A stretch of DNA of 64,000 bases from Verrucomicrobiaceae bacterium. Its GTDB lineage: Bacteria > Verrucomicrobiota > Verrucomicrobiia > Verrucomicrobiales > Akkermansiaceae. Numbering within the stretch: the first letter of the stretch is position 1; the number at the start of each line of letters is the position of its first letter. The translations under genes were made by a program, and so were the position numbers. The stretch lies in NCBI GenBank assembly GCA_051252135.1, contig JBPOGH010000007.1, forward strand, positions 32,001-96,000. Direction: 5' to 3'. Shown in pieces: positions 47,581-57,124 of this stretch. The notes below the pieces were generated by a model that worked only from the letters and a program-made list of their open reading frames with translations, was not told the origin of the DNA and did not search any database.

Positions 47581-47644
47581 ATGATATTACTTATGAACAC
47601 GTTTTGGTTTGTCAAGAAATCGTAGGTTCACTTTAACGTTCGAG
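47513..47644 (+). other. attC recombination site (attC1)
   Basis: R'' GCAGAAC, 5-nt spacer, GTGGAACCTAACGATTTCT ... AGAAATCGTAGGTTCAC (pairs with two extra-helical bases), 6-nt spacer, R' GTTCGAG. Confidence 0.85.
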
Positions 47645-47645
47645 A

Positions 47646-48146
47646 ATGAATATGCCGAGTAACGTCCAAACTATTCGTTTTTTCGCGCTCCGAATCTTTC
47701 TTGGACTCACAGCACTCGGCTGGGGTATTTGCGTAGCAGGTGTTCTCGTGCCTAGTTCAATGGCGTTTGAGTTCGTGGGGCTAATTGCAGACGTCGACAC
47801 CACTCCTTTTGAAAGTGATCCAATGTTTGATTACTGGTTGCGGATGGCTTCCAGTGTTTTCGCGTTAGTCGGCCTTGGATACCTAGGACTCGCAATTTGG
47901 CCTACCCGTTTTGCAATCGTGCTGCCCTTCGCTGGAGCATTCATGATACTGGAAGGTTTAGTCTTGCTGATTCATGGTTTGCGCCTTGGCTTGGACCCGG
48001 TGCCATTCCTAGGAGACACAACTTTTTGTCTCGCTGGCGGAATTGGAATCCTAGGGTGCATGGGGTCAGGGCGGTCGAATACGAACCCTAAAACAAGAAA
48101 TCTCGAACAAGATGCTGCGGTGAAAGAGTCTGATCAGACTGCTTGA
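47646..48146 (+). CDS. Integron cassette 2 ORF: 4-TM membrane protein
   Basis: Starts directly after GTTCGAGA; complementary TCTCGAAC at 48101; four hydrophobic helices. Confidence 0.75.
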   Translation: MNMPSNVQTIRFFALRIFLGLTALGWGICVAGVLVPSSMAFEFVGLIADVDTTPFESDPMFDYWLRMASSVFALVGLGYLGLAIWPTRFAIVLPFAGAFMILEGLVLLIHGLRLGLDPVPFLGDTTFCLAGGIGILGCMGSGRSNTNPKTRNLEQDAAVKESDQTA

Positions 48147-48315
48147 ATTTCTGTTCCTGATCATCCAGTGGAGGGACAGAATCGGGATGGGAGAGCGGGC
48201 TGCGGGTGGGTGCTCAGAGGGGGCGGGGTGCTGGGCTTGCCCATGATTTTGGGCAGGGGGAAACCCCACGCGTTGCGTGGGGCTACGTTATGTCGCCCCC
48301 GTGGGGCTTTTGGGT
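48106..48315 (+). repeat. Element X copy 1 (~210 bp, includes a REP-like palindrome)
   Basis: Near-identical to 48885-49095; contains the perfect palindrome AGTCTGATCAGACT and CCCCACGCGTTGCGTGGGG. Confidence 0.9.
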
Positions 48316-48392
48316 TGCGGTTGGGTGCTTAGAGGGGGCGGGGTGTCGGGCTTGAAGCAGGGGGGTGGCAGCGGGACGAAGCACAAGAGGAA

Positions 48393-48529
48393 GGAGAACA
48401 AGCGGAAGTTAGCGACCACATCCCGCGCTGAAAGTTGAGTTTGAGTTTTCCGGCTTCGTTGGATATCGTTTTGTAATTGGAAGCTGGTCGGCACCATCGG
48501 GATGGGTCGCCAGTTCCTGAACGTTATGC
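48393..48529 (+). other. attC recombination site (attC2)
   Basis: R'' GGAGAAC, spacer AAGCG, GAAGTTAGCGACC.CATCCCG ... CGGGATGGGTCGCCAGTTC, spacer CTGAAC, R' GTTATGC. Confidence 0.8.
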
Positions 48530-48541
48530 CAAGAAAAACAC

Positions 48542-48880
48542 ATGTGGAAGGGAGTCGAGGTAGTTGAAGGCGAGCGGTATCGCGTCGGGCTTAAATCAAG
48601 CTCTGATGGGCAGCGGACAACCGCACTTGTTCGCGACGGAGATGACGAGACTGAGTTCGATTTCGTCACGGAGATCGTTGAGGATTTCGAGGCGCTACAA
48701 AACCGAAATCTACGAAAGATTCTGGATGCGACGCCATTGAATGATGGCTCGAACGTTTGGCTCGACGCTCATAATATTTGGTTTACATCAGCTGAGATGG
48801 ATCAGCTCGAAGAGAGTGATCATGACTTCTCCGCCGTAGATTGGCACCGTGGCATTCCGCCGCAACTCGCACCAAAATAG
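48542..48880 (+). CDS. Integron cassette 3 ORF: acidic hypothetical protein
   Basis: Bounded by GTTATGCC (48523) and GGCATAAC (48880); the stop codon overlaps the inverse core. Confidence 0.75.
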   Translation: MWKGVEVVEGERYRVGLKSSSDGQRTTALVRDGDDETEFDFVTEIVEDFEALQNRNLRKILDATPLNDGSNVWLDAHNIWFTSAEMDQLEESDHDFSAVDWHRGIPPQLAPK

Positions 48881-48884
48881 GCAT

Positions 48885-49095
48885 AACAAGATGCTGCGTT
48901 GAAAGAGTCTGATCAAACTGAGTGAATTTTTGTTCCTGATCATCCAGTGGAGGGACAGAATCGGGATGGGAGAGAGGGCTGCGGGTGGGTGCCCAGGGGG
49001 GGGCGGGGTGCCGGGCTTGCCTCTGATTTTGGGCAGGGGGAAACCCCAGGCGTTGCCTGGGGCTACGTTATGTCGCCCCCGTGGGGCTTGTGGGT
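48885..49095 (+). repeat. Element X copy 2
   Basis: Begins AACAAGATGCTGCG like copy 1; REP-like CCCCAGGCGTTGCCTGGGG. Confidence 0.9.
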
Positions 49096-49117
49096 TTCCC
49101 CATGATTTTTGGGCACG

Positions 49118-49145
49118 AAAAAACCCCGGGGTTAGCCGGGGTTTT
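49118..49145 (-). terminator. Hairpin terminator after the Gfo/Idh/MocA gene
   Basis: AAAAAACCCCGG-ggttag-CCGGGGTTTT. Confidence 0.65.
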
Positions 49146-49164
49146 GAGAGGTTGGCGGTGATAT

Positions 49165-50208
49165 TTAGAGGAAGATTTTCTTTCCGTCGTTTTTGGCGCT
49201 CTCGTAGATGGCGCTGATGAGCTCGACTGATTTGCGGGCTTCGGCGGAGTTGGTGGAGGGCTCGCGGCCTTCGGCGATGGCGTTGACGACTTCCTCGAAG
49301 TTCCGCTGGTGCTGGTAGGTGTTGATGGCGGTGGGGTCGTTGGCCCCGAGTCCGGCTTCCTGGCCTTTCATGAGGGAGGCTTTGATTTCGGCGTCCTCGG
49401 GTTTCTCGTCTCTGAAGTCCCAGATTTCAAAGGCTTCATCGGCGAGGAAGACGGAGCCTTCGGTTCCGGCGAGCTGGACGCGGGCGGGGTGACCGTCCTT
49501 GGACCAGGTGGCGGTGGAGGCCTCGATGACGCCGCGGGCTCCGTTCTCGAATTCGAGGAGGGCGACGCAGTGGTCTTCGACCTCGATGCGCTCATGGGCG
49601 AGGCAGACGGTGTTGGCCTGAACGGATTTGACGGGGCCGGCGAGGTAGAGGAGGGCGTCGACGGTGTGGATGGATTGGTTCATCAGCGAACCTCCGCCAT
49701 CGAGGGCCCAGGTGCCGCGCCAGCCGGCGGAATCGTAGTAAGCCTGATCGCGGTACCATTTGATGTAAGCGGAGGCGGAGGCGAGGACCCCGAAGCGTCC
49801 TTCATCGGAGGCTTTTTTGAAGGCGTCCATGCCGGGGTGGAAGCGGCGGTTGAGGACGGCGGCGATGGTCTTGCCGTTGGCCTTGGCGGCATCGATGAGT
49901 TGATCGATGCGGGGAAGGGTGATTTCGAGGGGTTTTTCGACGATGACGTGCTTGCCGGCGTTGAGGGCGGCGAGGCTGGGCTCGAGGTGGGCACCGCTGG
50001 GGGTGCCGACGGTGACGATTTCGAGCTCGGGGTCCGCGAGGAACTCGGCCATGTCGGAGAAGGCTTTGACTCCGTATTCGGCGGCGAGTTTTTCGGCGGC
50101 TTCCTGGCGGAGGTCGAAGACTGAGTGGAGTTCGCCACCGGACATGTCCGTGATGGCCTTGGCGTGGAAGTGGCCGATCATGCCGGCGCCGATGATTCCG
50201 AATTTCAT
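49165..50208 (-). CDS. Gfo/Idh/MocA family oxidoreductase
   Basis: GIIGAGMIG, AGKHVIVEKP, GGGSLMNQSIH. Confidence 0.92.
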   Translation of the reverse strand: MKFGIIGAGMIGHFHAKAITDMSGGELHSVFDLRQEAAEKLAAEYGVKAFSDMAEFLADPELEIVTVGTPSGAHLEPSLAALNAGKHVIVEKPLEITLPRIDQLIDAAKANGKTIAAVLNRRFHPGMDAFKKASDEGRFGVLASASAYIKWYRDQAYYDSAGWRGTWALDGGGSLMNQSIHTVDALLYLAGPVKSVQANTVCLAHERIEVEDHCVALLEFENGARGVIEASTATWSKDGHPARVQLAGTEGSVFLADEAFEIWDFRDEKPEDAEIKASLMKGQEAGLGANDPTAINTYQHQRNFEEVVNAIAEGREPSTNSAEARKSVELISAIYESAKNDGKKIFL

Positions 50209-50238
50209 AATGATAAAGTCAGGTGTGAGGGAAGGCGA

Positions 50239-51888
50239 CTAAGCTTCCTTTTCGTGTTTGAGGAAGGAGAGGGTTCCGACGACGAAGAGGAGGGCGAGGA
50301 AGCCCATGCCGATCATGCCGGCGGGGACGTCGCCGAATTTCTTGCCGGCGGTGGCCCACCAGGTGCCGACGGTGGCGACGGTGGTGGCGAAGATCATGAG
50401 GACGTTCCAGATGATGCGTGCATTGCCCTCGGGGCGTTTGTCGCCGAGGACCTTCTTGGAGTTCATGAGAAGGAAGAAGGTGAAGTAGGCGATGGGGATG
50501 AGGGAGCCGCCGATGACGGAGGTGGGGATGGCGAGGGCGGCCTTACTTTGGCCGGACCAGAAGAAGGGGTAGAGGCACCCTGCTCCACCTGAGATGAGGC
50601 AACCGAGGAAGTAGGCATTCTTTCCGCCGAGGGCATTGGCGAAGAGTTCCTTGAAGGCGAGACCATTGATCAACATGAGGATGATGATGGTGGAGACGGC
50701 CATGCCGAGAACGCCGACGCCGAAGACTTTCTGGGCGACGACTTCACCGGTGAAGGGCTTGAGGGTGATGGCGAGTGCTCCGGCATCACGTGAGTAGAGC
50801 ATGCCGGCGAGCTTGTGATCAGCTTCGGGGAGAGCGGCGATGGCGGCGGTGGAAGCGGCTTCCTTGGCGTCACCTTCAAGGCCTTTGACGGCTTCGACAA
50901 CGGAGGGCACTCCGGAGAGCATGCCCGCGCGTTGGGCGGCGGTGACATCGTCCGCTTTTCCATGGAAGGCGGAAGCGGAGGCGATGACGACGCAGGCGGT
51001 GGCGAGGAAGAAGGGAACGAAGAGGCCGATCGAGAGGTCGGTGATGGAGAGTCCGCGGTGCTTGCTGCCCCACTTCTTTTTCAAGAGAGTGTAGGGGAGG
51101 AGGAAGGTCATGTTGATGCCGACGGCGGTGCCGAAGGCGGCGAAGATTTTTGATTTTTGGGTGCTGACGATGTTGTTGTCCCACCAGTCCGGGTTGGAGG
51201 AGGCGGCGATGTCCGCAGCGAAGGTCTTGGAGCTGGAGCCCAGAAGTGAGAAATCGGGGATGAATCCTGCCAGGATTGCGCCGAAATCGATATCGCCTGC
51301 TTTGAGGAGAGTGACGACGACGGCGATGAAGGAGAGGACGATGATGCCGACCATGACCTTGATGATGCGGTCGAAGAGCTTGGCGCCGCCGCCTCCGGCC
51401 TCGTAGAGGTAATTCACGTAGAGTCCGATGGCGAAGAGGACGGCGATGATGCCCCAGGGGGAGGCGTCGGGTGCGCTGCCGATGAGGTTTTGCTGGATGG
51501 CGGCGGTTCCGAGAGAGAACTGGGGCATGGTCCAGACGATATTGGCCATGATGGTGGCGACGAGCCAGGACCAGCCGAGGAGCGGGTGGAGGTGGCTGTT
51601 GATGAGTTGGAGGGGACGTTTCTCGGTGGAGAGGGTGACGTAAGCGATGGCGGCGAGCATGATGATGCCGCAGATCATGGCGAGGGGCTGGACCCAGAGG
51701 AGGGAGTTGCCCGCGACGATTCCGAGGTAGAGGGCGCCGGCGAGGGAGCCGCCTCCGAGGGTGATGGCTCCTTGAAGCCAGCCGGGTCCGGAGATTTTGG
51801 CGTAGGCGAAAAACTTGGTGACTCCGCCCTTATCGGCGACGGAATCGATGACATCGAGCTCGTGTTGTTGGCGGTCGGTGTTGCTCAT
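50239..51888 (-). CDS. NRAMP-like (divalent cation transporter superfamily) membrane protein
   Basis: GPGWLQGAITLGGGS N-terminus, about 11-12 TM helices, LMNSK near the C-terminus; lacks the canonical DPGN motif. Confidence 0.7.
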   Translation of the reverse strand: MSNTDRQQHELDVIDSVADKGGVTKFFAYAKISGPGWLQGAITLGGGSLAGALYLGIVAGNSLLWVQPLAMICGIIMLAAIAYVTLSTEKRPLQLINSHLHPLLGWSWLVATIMANIVWTMPQFSLGTAAIQQNLIGSAPDASPWGIIAVLFAIGLYVNYLYEAGGGGAKLFDRIIKVMVGIIVLSFIAVVVTLLKAGDIDFGAILAGFIPDFSLLGSSSKTFAADIAASSNPDWWDNNIVSTQKSKIFAAFGTAVGINMTFLLPYTLLKKKWGSKHRGLSITDLSIGLFVPFFLATACVVIASASAFHGKADDVTAAQRAGMLSGVPSVVEAVKGLEGDAKEAASTAAIAALPEADHKLAGMLYSRDAGALAITLKPFTGEVVAQKVFGVGVLGMAVSTIIILMLINGLAFKELFANALGGKNAYFLGCLISGGAGCLYPFFWSGQSKAALAIPTSVIGGSLIPIAYFTFFLLMNSKKVLGDKRPEGNARIIWNVLMIFATTVATVGTWWATAGKKFGDVPAGMIGMGFLALLFVVGTLSFLKHEKEA

Positions 51889-51979
51889 GGGTGTTAGAAT
51901 GCGGAAATTTGGCGGCTTGGGTAGATTTTTTTAGTCCCGTGATTGCGGGACAAGCAAAGTGGGGACAGACTGCGCCCCG

Positions 51980-52864
51980 ATGTCGGACGAGGTTCCCAAA
52001 TTTAGCAAAGACTTGCAGGTGCTTACGAAGGTGCGTCTGAACATCTTTGTGTTGATCACGACTTTGTTCGGATTTTTTCTGGCGGCCAAGGGTTTGGGGG
52101 GGATGGAGGGGAAGTGGTGGTTGCTTTTGCACACCTTGATCGGGACGGCGGCGGCGGCCTTTGGGTCGGCGGCATTTAACCAGCTGATGGAGATTGAGGA
52201 TGATGCGTTGATGAAGCGGACGGCGGACCGGCCATTGCCCTCGAAGCGGATGGGGGTGATGAAGGCGTTTGCGATTGGGTGGGGGCTGGCGGCCTTTGGC
52301 TGCATTCATTTGGCGGCGAAGGTGAGTGCGATGGCGGCGATTCTGGCGGCGGTGACGATTGCGATTTACGTCTTTGTCTACACGCCGATGAAGAAGTGGC
52401 ATTCGACGAACACGCTGGTGGGTGCGATTCCGGGGGCGATTCCTCCGATGATTGGCTGGGTGGGAGCGGGCGGGGCGTGGACGGATGCGGGCGGGTGGTT
52501 TTTGTTTTCGCTGCTTTTTCTGTGGCAGTTGCCGCATTTTGTGGCGATCAGCTGGTTGTGTCGGGAGGAATACGAGGATGCGGGGTATCAGATGTGGTCG
52601 AATGGTGATGTGAGCGGGAGGAAGACGGTGCGGCTTTATCTTGGGTTCTCGGTGCTGATGATTGTGTTGGGGGTGGTGGGAGCGTTTTTGGGGTTTTATT
52701 CCCATGTGCTGGGGGTGGTCCACGGGGTGATGGTGGTGGCGATGATGCGGCCGGCGCTGACTTACGGGGCGGAGGCGGACCGGGGGAAGATGCGGAAGGC
52801 GTTCTTTGGGACGTTGCTGTATCTGCCAATCGTGCTTCTCGGTCTTGCCTTTGCGTGGGGCTAG
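51980..52864 (+). CDS. cyoE: Protoheme IX farnesyltransferase (heme O synthase)
   Basis: LTKVR, D..MKRTADRPLPS, YTPMK, GAIPGAIPP.IGW, WQLPHF. Confidence 0.92.
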   Translation: MSDEVPKFSKDLQVLTKVRLNIFVLITTLFGFFLAAKGLGGMEGKWWLLLHTLIGTAAAAFGSAAFNQLMEIEDDALMKRTADRPLPSKRMGVMKAFAIGWGLAAFGCIHLAAKVSAMAAILAAVTIAIYVFVYTPMKKWHSTNTLVGAIPGAIPPMIGWVGAGGAWTDAGGWFLFSLLFLWQLPHFVAISWLCREEYEDAGYQMWSNGDVSGRKTVRLYLGFSVLMIVLGVVGAFLGFYSHVLGVVHGVMVVAMMRPALTYGAEADRGKMRKAFFGTLLYLPIVLLGLAFAWG

Positions 52865-52870
52865 GCTAGC

Positions 52871-53659
52871 GTGCCGCCGATGGACGTTAGTCAGCTGGAA
52901 CCCGCGGACCGTGATCCGAAGAAGCTTCGCAATACGGCCTTGATCCTAGTGGGGATCATGGTGGTGGGCGGATTTTTGATTTTGTGGGCCTACAGCGCCT
53001 TCGCAGATCGGACGGCGAAGAGTGATCGGCCGAGTATTGAATCGAAGATCACGGATGATTGCCGCCTGATCACGGCGGATGGGGAGGAGCGTGATATCCA
53101 GGACCTGCAGGGGAGGATTACGCTGGCGTTGATCTCGACGAGCGAGACGGGTGAGCGTTCGGAGAATTCGATTGCGGCGTTGCGCGAGGTGATGGCGCAT
53201 TTTGCGGAAGCGGAAGAAAAACCGGTGGTGCTGTTGTTTGTACTGGATGGATTTGAAGACCAGCCGGAGGGGATGGCAGGGGTGTTGCCCGAGTTGGATG
53301 GGATCGCGGAGGTATGGCGGGTGGCCGCGGGGGTGGACGGGAAGGTTTCGGTGCGGGCCTTTTTGAAGAACCGGTTGCGCTTTGGGGTGTATCCCGAAAT
53401 GGGTGATGAGGGCTGGAACTACGATACGAAGCTGGTTTTGCTCGATCAGTGGCTGCACTTGCGGGGGATTCCGGGATCCAACGAGGGATGGGATTTTGAC
53501 AAAGTGGCGGAGATGGAGGAACAGTTTGAGAAGGCGAAGGAAGAGCATCCCGATAAGGAGTTGATTCCGCCACCGATGACGACCGCGCGCTTGACGGAGC
53601 TGCTGATCAAGTCGATCGAATACCTCTACGCAAACCCTGACGAAAAAGGCCAAAAATGA
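52871..53659 (+). CDS. Membrane-anchored SCO/thioredoxin-fold-like protein lacking the Cys motif
   Basis: TM helix; LITADGEE..IQDLQGRI and KLVLLDQWLHLRG resemble SCO strands. Confidence 0.5.
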   Translation: MPPMDVSQLEPADRDPKKLRNTALILVGIMVVGGFLILWAYSAFADRTAKSDRPSIESKITDDCRLITADGEERDIQDLQGRITLALISTSETGERSENSIAALREVMAHFAEAEEKPVVLLFVLDGFEDQPEGMAGVLPELDGIAEVWRVAAGVDGKVSVRAFLKNRLRFGVYPEMGDEGWNYDTKLVLLDQWLHLRGIPGSNEGWDFDKVAEMEEQFEKAKEEHPDKELIPPPMTTARLTELLIKSIEYLYANPDEKGQK

Positions 53660-54330
53660 CCCCGAAAAAACAGATTGTTCTTATTTACTCCGTTGTGGGT
53701 GTCATTTCGGCATTCATTTTGGGGATGTCCTTATGGCTGGCGACCTTGAAGAAGACGCAGGCGAGCGAGGGTCCGGTGGCGGAAGATGTGGGGAAGGTGG
53801 AGGTGGAGTCGATCACGACGCTGGAGACGGATCTGGAGTTGGTGAAGCAGGACGGGACACCGGTGAAGATTTCCGATTTGAAGGACAAGGTGTGGGTGGC
53901 GGCGCAGTTCTTTGCGGTGTGCCCGATGTGTGCGGAGCGGAATGGCAAGCGGCTGCTGGAGGTTTACAATACCTACAAGGATGATCCGAATTTTGTGATC
54001 GTGTGCATGTCGGTGGATCCCGAGGCGGACACGCAGGAGCACCTTTTGGATTTGGAAAAGGGCTTGGGGGTGGATCGTTCGAACTGGTGGTTTGTGAAGA
54101 CGGACCGCGAGACGATTCACAACTACATGCGCTATGAGATGCTCTTTGGAGACGTGCGGGAGCGGACGGTGCCCGAGGAGATTGCGGCGAAGGGGAAGTG
54201 GGCGCATGACATGGGGCTACAGGTCTGGAGAGGCGATACGCTGATCAAGAAGTGGGATGAAGTGCATGGCCCCGGTATTTTGCCGCAGGCGATTGAGAAA
54301 GCGCTGAAAGACCTCAAGGAAGAAGAGTGA
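53656..54330 (+). CDS. SCO1/SenC family protein
   Basis: QDGTPV.ISDLKDKVWVA.FFAVCPMC, SVDPEADT, conserved His (WAHD). Confidence 0.8.
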   Translation: MTPKKQIVLIYSVVGVISAFILGMSLWLATLKKTQASEGPVAEDVGKVEVESITTLETDLELVKQDGTPVKISDLKDKVWVAAQFFAVCPMCAERNGKRLLEVYNTYKDDPNFVIVCMSVDPEADTQEHLLDLEKGLGVDRSNWWFVKTDRETIHNYMRYEMLFGDVRERTVPEEIAAKGKWAHDMGLQVWRGDTLIKKWDEVHGPGILPQAIEKALKDLKEEE

Positions 54331-54935
54331 TGAGTGAACGAGAAGATTTCAGGGAACTGCCGGTCCAAGAGGAGAAGGCGGCGAAGATGCGCCGCGGGGT
54401 GTGGGTGATCTCGGTGCTGGTGTTGGTGCTGGTGGCGGTGATGCGGTCGCCTTACAAGATTCCGCTTCCCGAGGGGGTTGAATTTTCGGTGCTGCCGAAG
54501 GTGCATGCGGGGTTGAACTGTCTGGTGGCGGCGTGTCTGCTGGCGGCCTTGTTCGCGATCGGGCGGGGGAAGGTGAGATTGCACAAGCAGTTCATGACGG
54601 GGGCGCTGGTGGTTTCGGGTCTCTTTTTGCTGAGTTACGTGGCGTATCATTTCACGACGATGGAGACGCTTTACGGTGATATCGACGGGGGTGGAGCGGT
54701 GGATGATTTTGAGAAGGAGCAGGCGGGGTGGAGGCGTCCGGTTTATTTGGGGATTTTGATCGCGCACATTGTGGCGGCGGCGGTTTCCTTTCCGCTGATT
54801 CTGATGACCTTTGTGCATGCGTGGACGAACAATTTTGAGAAGCACAAGAGGCTGGCGCGCAAGGTGTGGCCGCTGTGGTTCTTCGTGGCGGTGACGGGGC
54901 CGGTTTGTTATTTCATGTTGCGACCGTATTACTAG
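54327..54935 (+). CDS. DUF420 family membrane protein
   Basis: HKQFM, FLLSYVAYH, HKRLAR..WPLWFFVAVTG..Y; typical neighbour of cox assembly genes. Confidence 0.85.
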   Translation: MMSEREDFRELPVQEEKAAKMRRGVWVISVLVLVLVAVMRSPYKIPLPEGVEFSVLPKVHAGLNCLVAACLLAALFAIGRGKVRLHKQFMTGALVVSGLFLLSYVAYHFTTMETLYGDIDGGGAVDDFEKEQAGWRRPVYLGILIAHIVAAAVSFPLILMTFVHAWTNNFEKHKRLARKVWPLWFFVAVTGPVCYFMLRPYY

Positions 54936-54973
54936 GAGTTGATCCCAGAAGGTGGAGCGGGTAGAGAGGCGGT

Positions 54974-56263
54974 ATGAAAATTCTTCGTCACGATGACTCC
55001 GGCTTTGAGCGTTTCGTTAAGAAGCTCAAGCGGAGGGCAATTCCGACTGATGATGTGCGGGAATCGGTGACGGCGATTGTTGATGACGTGAAGAAGCGGG
55101 GTGACGCGGCGCTGGTGGACTTTGCGAAGAAGTTCGACAAGGCGACGTTGAAGAAGTCCCAATTGCGGGTGACGGAGGCGGAGATGGCCGCCGCGCGGTC
55201 GCAGGTGAGCAAGGAGACAAAGGCGGCAGTGGCGGCCTCGCGGAAGAATATTCATGCGTTTGCGAAGAGATCGCAGCGGAAGGATTGGTCTTACAAGAAT
55301 GCGGAAGGGGCCGAGGTGGGGGAGCGTTTTGTGCCGTTTGATCGGGTGGGGATTTATGTGCCGGGGGGGAAGGCTCCCCTGGTATCGACGGCGCTGATGA
55401 CGGGGGCGTTTGCACAGGCGGCGGGGGTGCCTGAGATTGTGGCGGCGACTCCTCCGGGAGCGGATGGTTCGGTGAATCCGGATTTGCTCTATGCGCTGGA
55501 GATGTCTGGCGCGACCGAGATTTATAAGATGGGCGGGGCGCACGGGATTGCGGCGCTGGCGCTGGGGACGAAGTCGATTGATCCGGTGGATAAGATTTTT
55601 GGACCGGGGAACAAGTTTGTGGTGGAGGCGAAGCGGCAGATGGTTGGAGCGGTGGCGATTGATTTGCTGCCGGGGCCATCGGAGGTGTTGATTGCGGCGG
55701 ACGCGACAGGGAAGGCGAAGTTTTTAGCGGCCGATCTTTTGGCACAGGCGGAGCACGGGCCCGACAGTGTGGTGGGTTTTGTGACGACCTCGAAGAAGCT
55801 GCTGGCGGATGTGCAGAGTGAGTTGGAGTCGCAGCTGGCTGACTTGCCCCGGAAAGAAATTGCGAAGACGGCTTTGAAGAAGGCAGGGTTTATGCTGCTG
55901 GTGAAGTCGATGAAAGAGGCGATCGAGATCGTGAACGATTGGGCGCCGGAGCACTTGGTTTTGGTGGCGAAGGACGAGGACAAGTGGCTTGACCAGGTGC
56001 GCACGGCGGGTGCGATTTACGTGGGAAATTATTCGGCGGTGGCGGTGGGGGATTTCCTTGCCGGGCCGAGTCATACCTTGCCAACGGAAGGAAGCGGACG
56101 GAGTTTTTCGGGGTTGCGGGCGGACCAGTTCCAGCGGCGTGCCAGTGTGGTGCGGATGGATCAGGCGGCGCTGCGGAAGTCACAGAAGCACGTGGAGCAC
56201 TTCGCCAAGATGGAAGGGCTCTTTGGTCATGGGAATTCGGTGACGCTGCGGGCGGAGGATTAG
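54974..56263 (+). CDS. hisD: Histidinol dehydrogenase
   Basis: GIYVPGG, VDKIFGPGN, GPSEV, DLLAQAEHG, APEHL, GPSHTLPT. Confidence 0.96.
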   Translation: MKILRHDDSGFERFVKKLKRRAIPTDDVRESVTAIVDDVKKRGDAALVDFAKKFDKATLKKSQLRVTEAEMAAARSQVSKETKAAVAASRKNIHAFAKRSQRKDWSYKNAEGAEVGERFVPFDRVGIYVPGGKAPLVSTALMTGAFAQAAGVPEIVAATPPGADGSVNPDLLYALEMSGATEIYKMGGAHGIAALALGTKSIDPVDKIFGPGNKFVVEAKRQMVGAVAIDLLPGPSEVLIAADATGKAKFLAADLLAQAEHGPDSVVGFVTTSKKLLADVQSELESQLADLPRKEIAKTALKKAGFMLLVKSMKEAIEIVNDWAPEHLVLVAKDEDKWLDQVRTAGAIYVGNYSAVAVGDFLAGPSHTLPTEGSGRSFSGLRADQFQRRASVVRMDQAALRKSQKHVEHFAKMEGLFGHGNSVTLRAED

Positions 56264-57054
56264 AGGGGTTCGGTGGAGCGGATTCTTTTTTGGAAGAGGC
56301 AGGTGTTTTGGAAGCCGGCGTCTTTTAGGAGGGTGATTCCTTTGTCGAAGTCACGGGCAACTTCTCCGGGTGCGTGGGCATCGGAGGAGAGGGTGACGGG
56401 GATGTTGGCGGAGGCGGCGAGCTGGAGGAATTCGAAGGAGGGGTATTGCTCGGCGCAGGGCTTGTGGAAGCCGGCGGTGTTGAGCTCGATGGCACCTTCG
56501 GCATCGACGAGGGCCTGGATGACGGGGTCGTAGAATCGTTTGAGGTCGCCCTCGGGGCGGTAGGAGAATTTTTTGATGAGGTCGGGGTGGCCGAGGAAGT
56601 CGAAGAGTCCGCTGCGGGCCATTTTTTCGTATTCCTTCCAGTAGGTGGACCAGGCTTCCTCGACGTCGGTCTCGGCCCAGCGCCCGAGCCATGCGGGGTT
56701 ATCGAAGTCCCAGCCATCGAGGTAGTGGATGGAACCGATGAGGTAGTCCCAATCGAAGACGTGGTGGAGGTCGATGATCCATTGTTTGCAGTCGGGAAGC
56801 CAGTCGCACTCGAGTCCGGTGCGGACGGGGATTTTGTCTGCGGCGTGGGCCTGGGCCTTGGTGATCCACTCGATGTAGATGGGGAGGTCTTCGACGAGCA
56901 TGCGCCAGTCATCGAAGGGCTCGGGACGCTGGGGGGCGTGATCGGAGATGCCGTATTCGGTGACGCCGGCGGCGATGGCGGCATCGATGTATTCTTCGGG
57001 TTCGCCTTCGGCGTGGTGGCACAGGGGGGTGTGGGTGTGATAATCTGCCGGCAT
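56260..57054 (-). CDS. PHP-family histidinol-phosphatase (HisJ/HisK type)
   Basis: DYHTHT..C.HA, SDHAP, GSIH, GHPDL, ELNTAG, SSDAH; adjacent to hisD. Confidence 0.88.
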   Translation of the reverse strand: MPADYHTHTPLCHHAEGEPEEYIDAAIAAGVTEYGISDHAPQRPEPFDDWRMLVEDLPIYIEWITKAQAHAADKIPVRTGLECDWLPDCKQWIIDLHHVFDWDYLIGSIHYLDGWDFDNPAWLGRWAETDVEEAWSTYWKEYEKMARSGLFDFLGHPDLIKKFSYRPEGDLKRFYDPVIQALVDAEGAIELNTAGFHKPCAEQYPSFEFLQLAASANIPVTLSSDAHAPGEVARDFDKGITLLKDAGFQNTCLFQKRIRSTEPL

Positions 57055-57124
57055 GGGGTGTTTGGCGTTGTCGCGCTGACGATGTTCATACAGGATTCGG
57101 CAACCGTCGCAAAGCCCACAGCAC

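Noticed and set aside
48106..49095. CRISPR array
   Set aside because: Repeats are ~210 bp with only two copies, the intervening DNA contains whole ORFs, and there are no cas genes.
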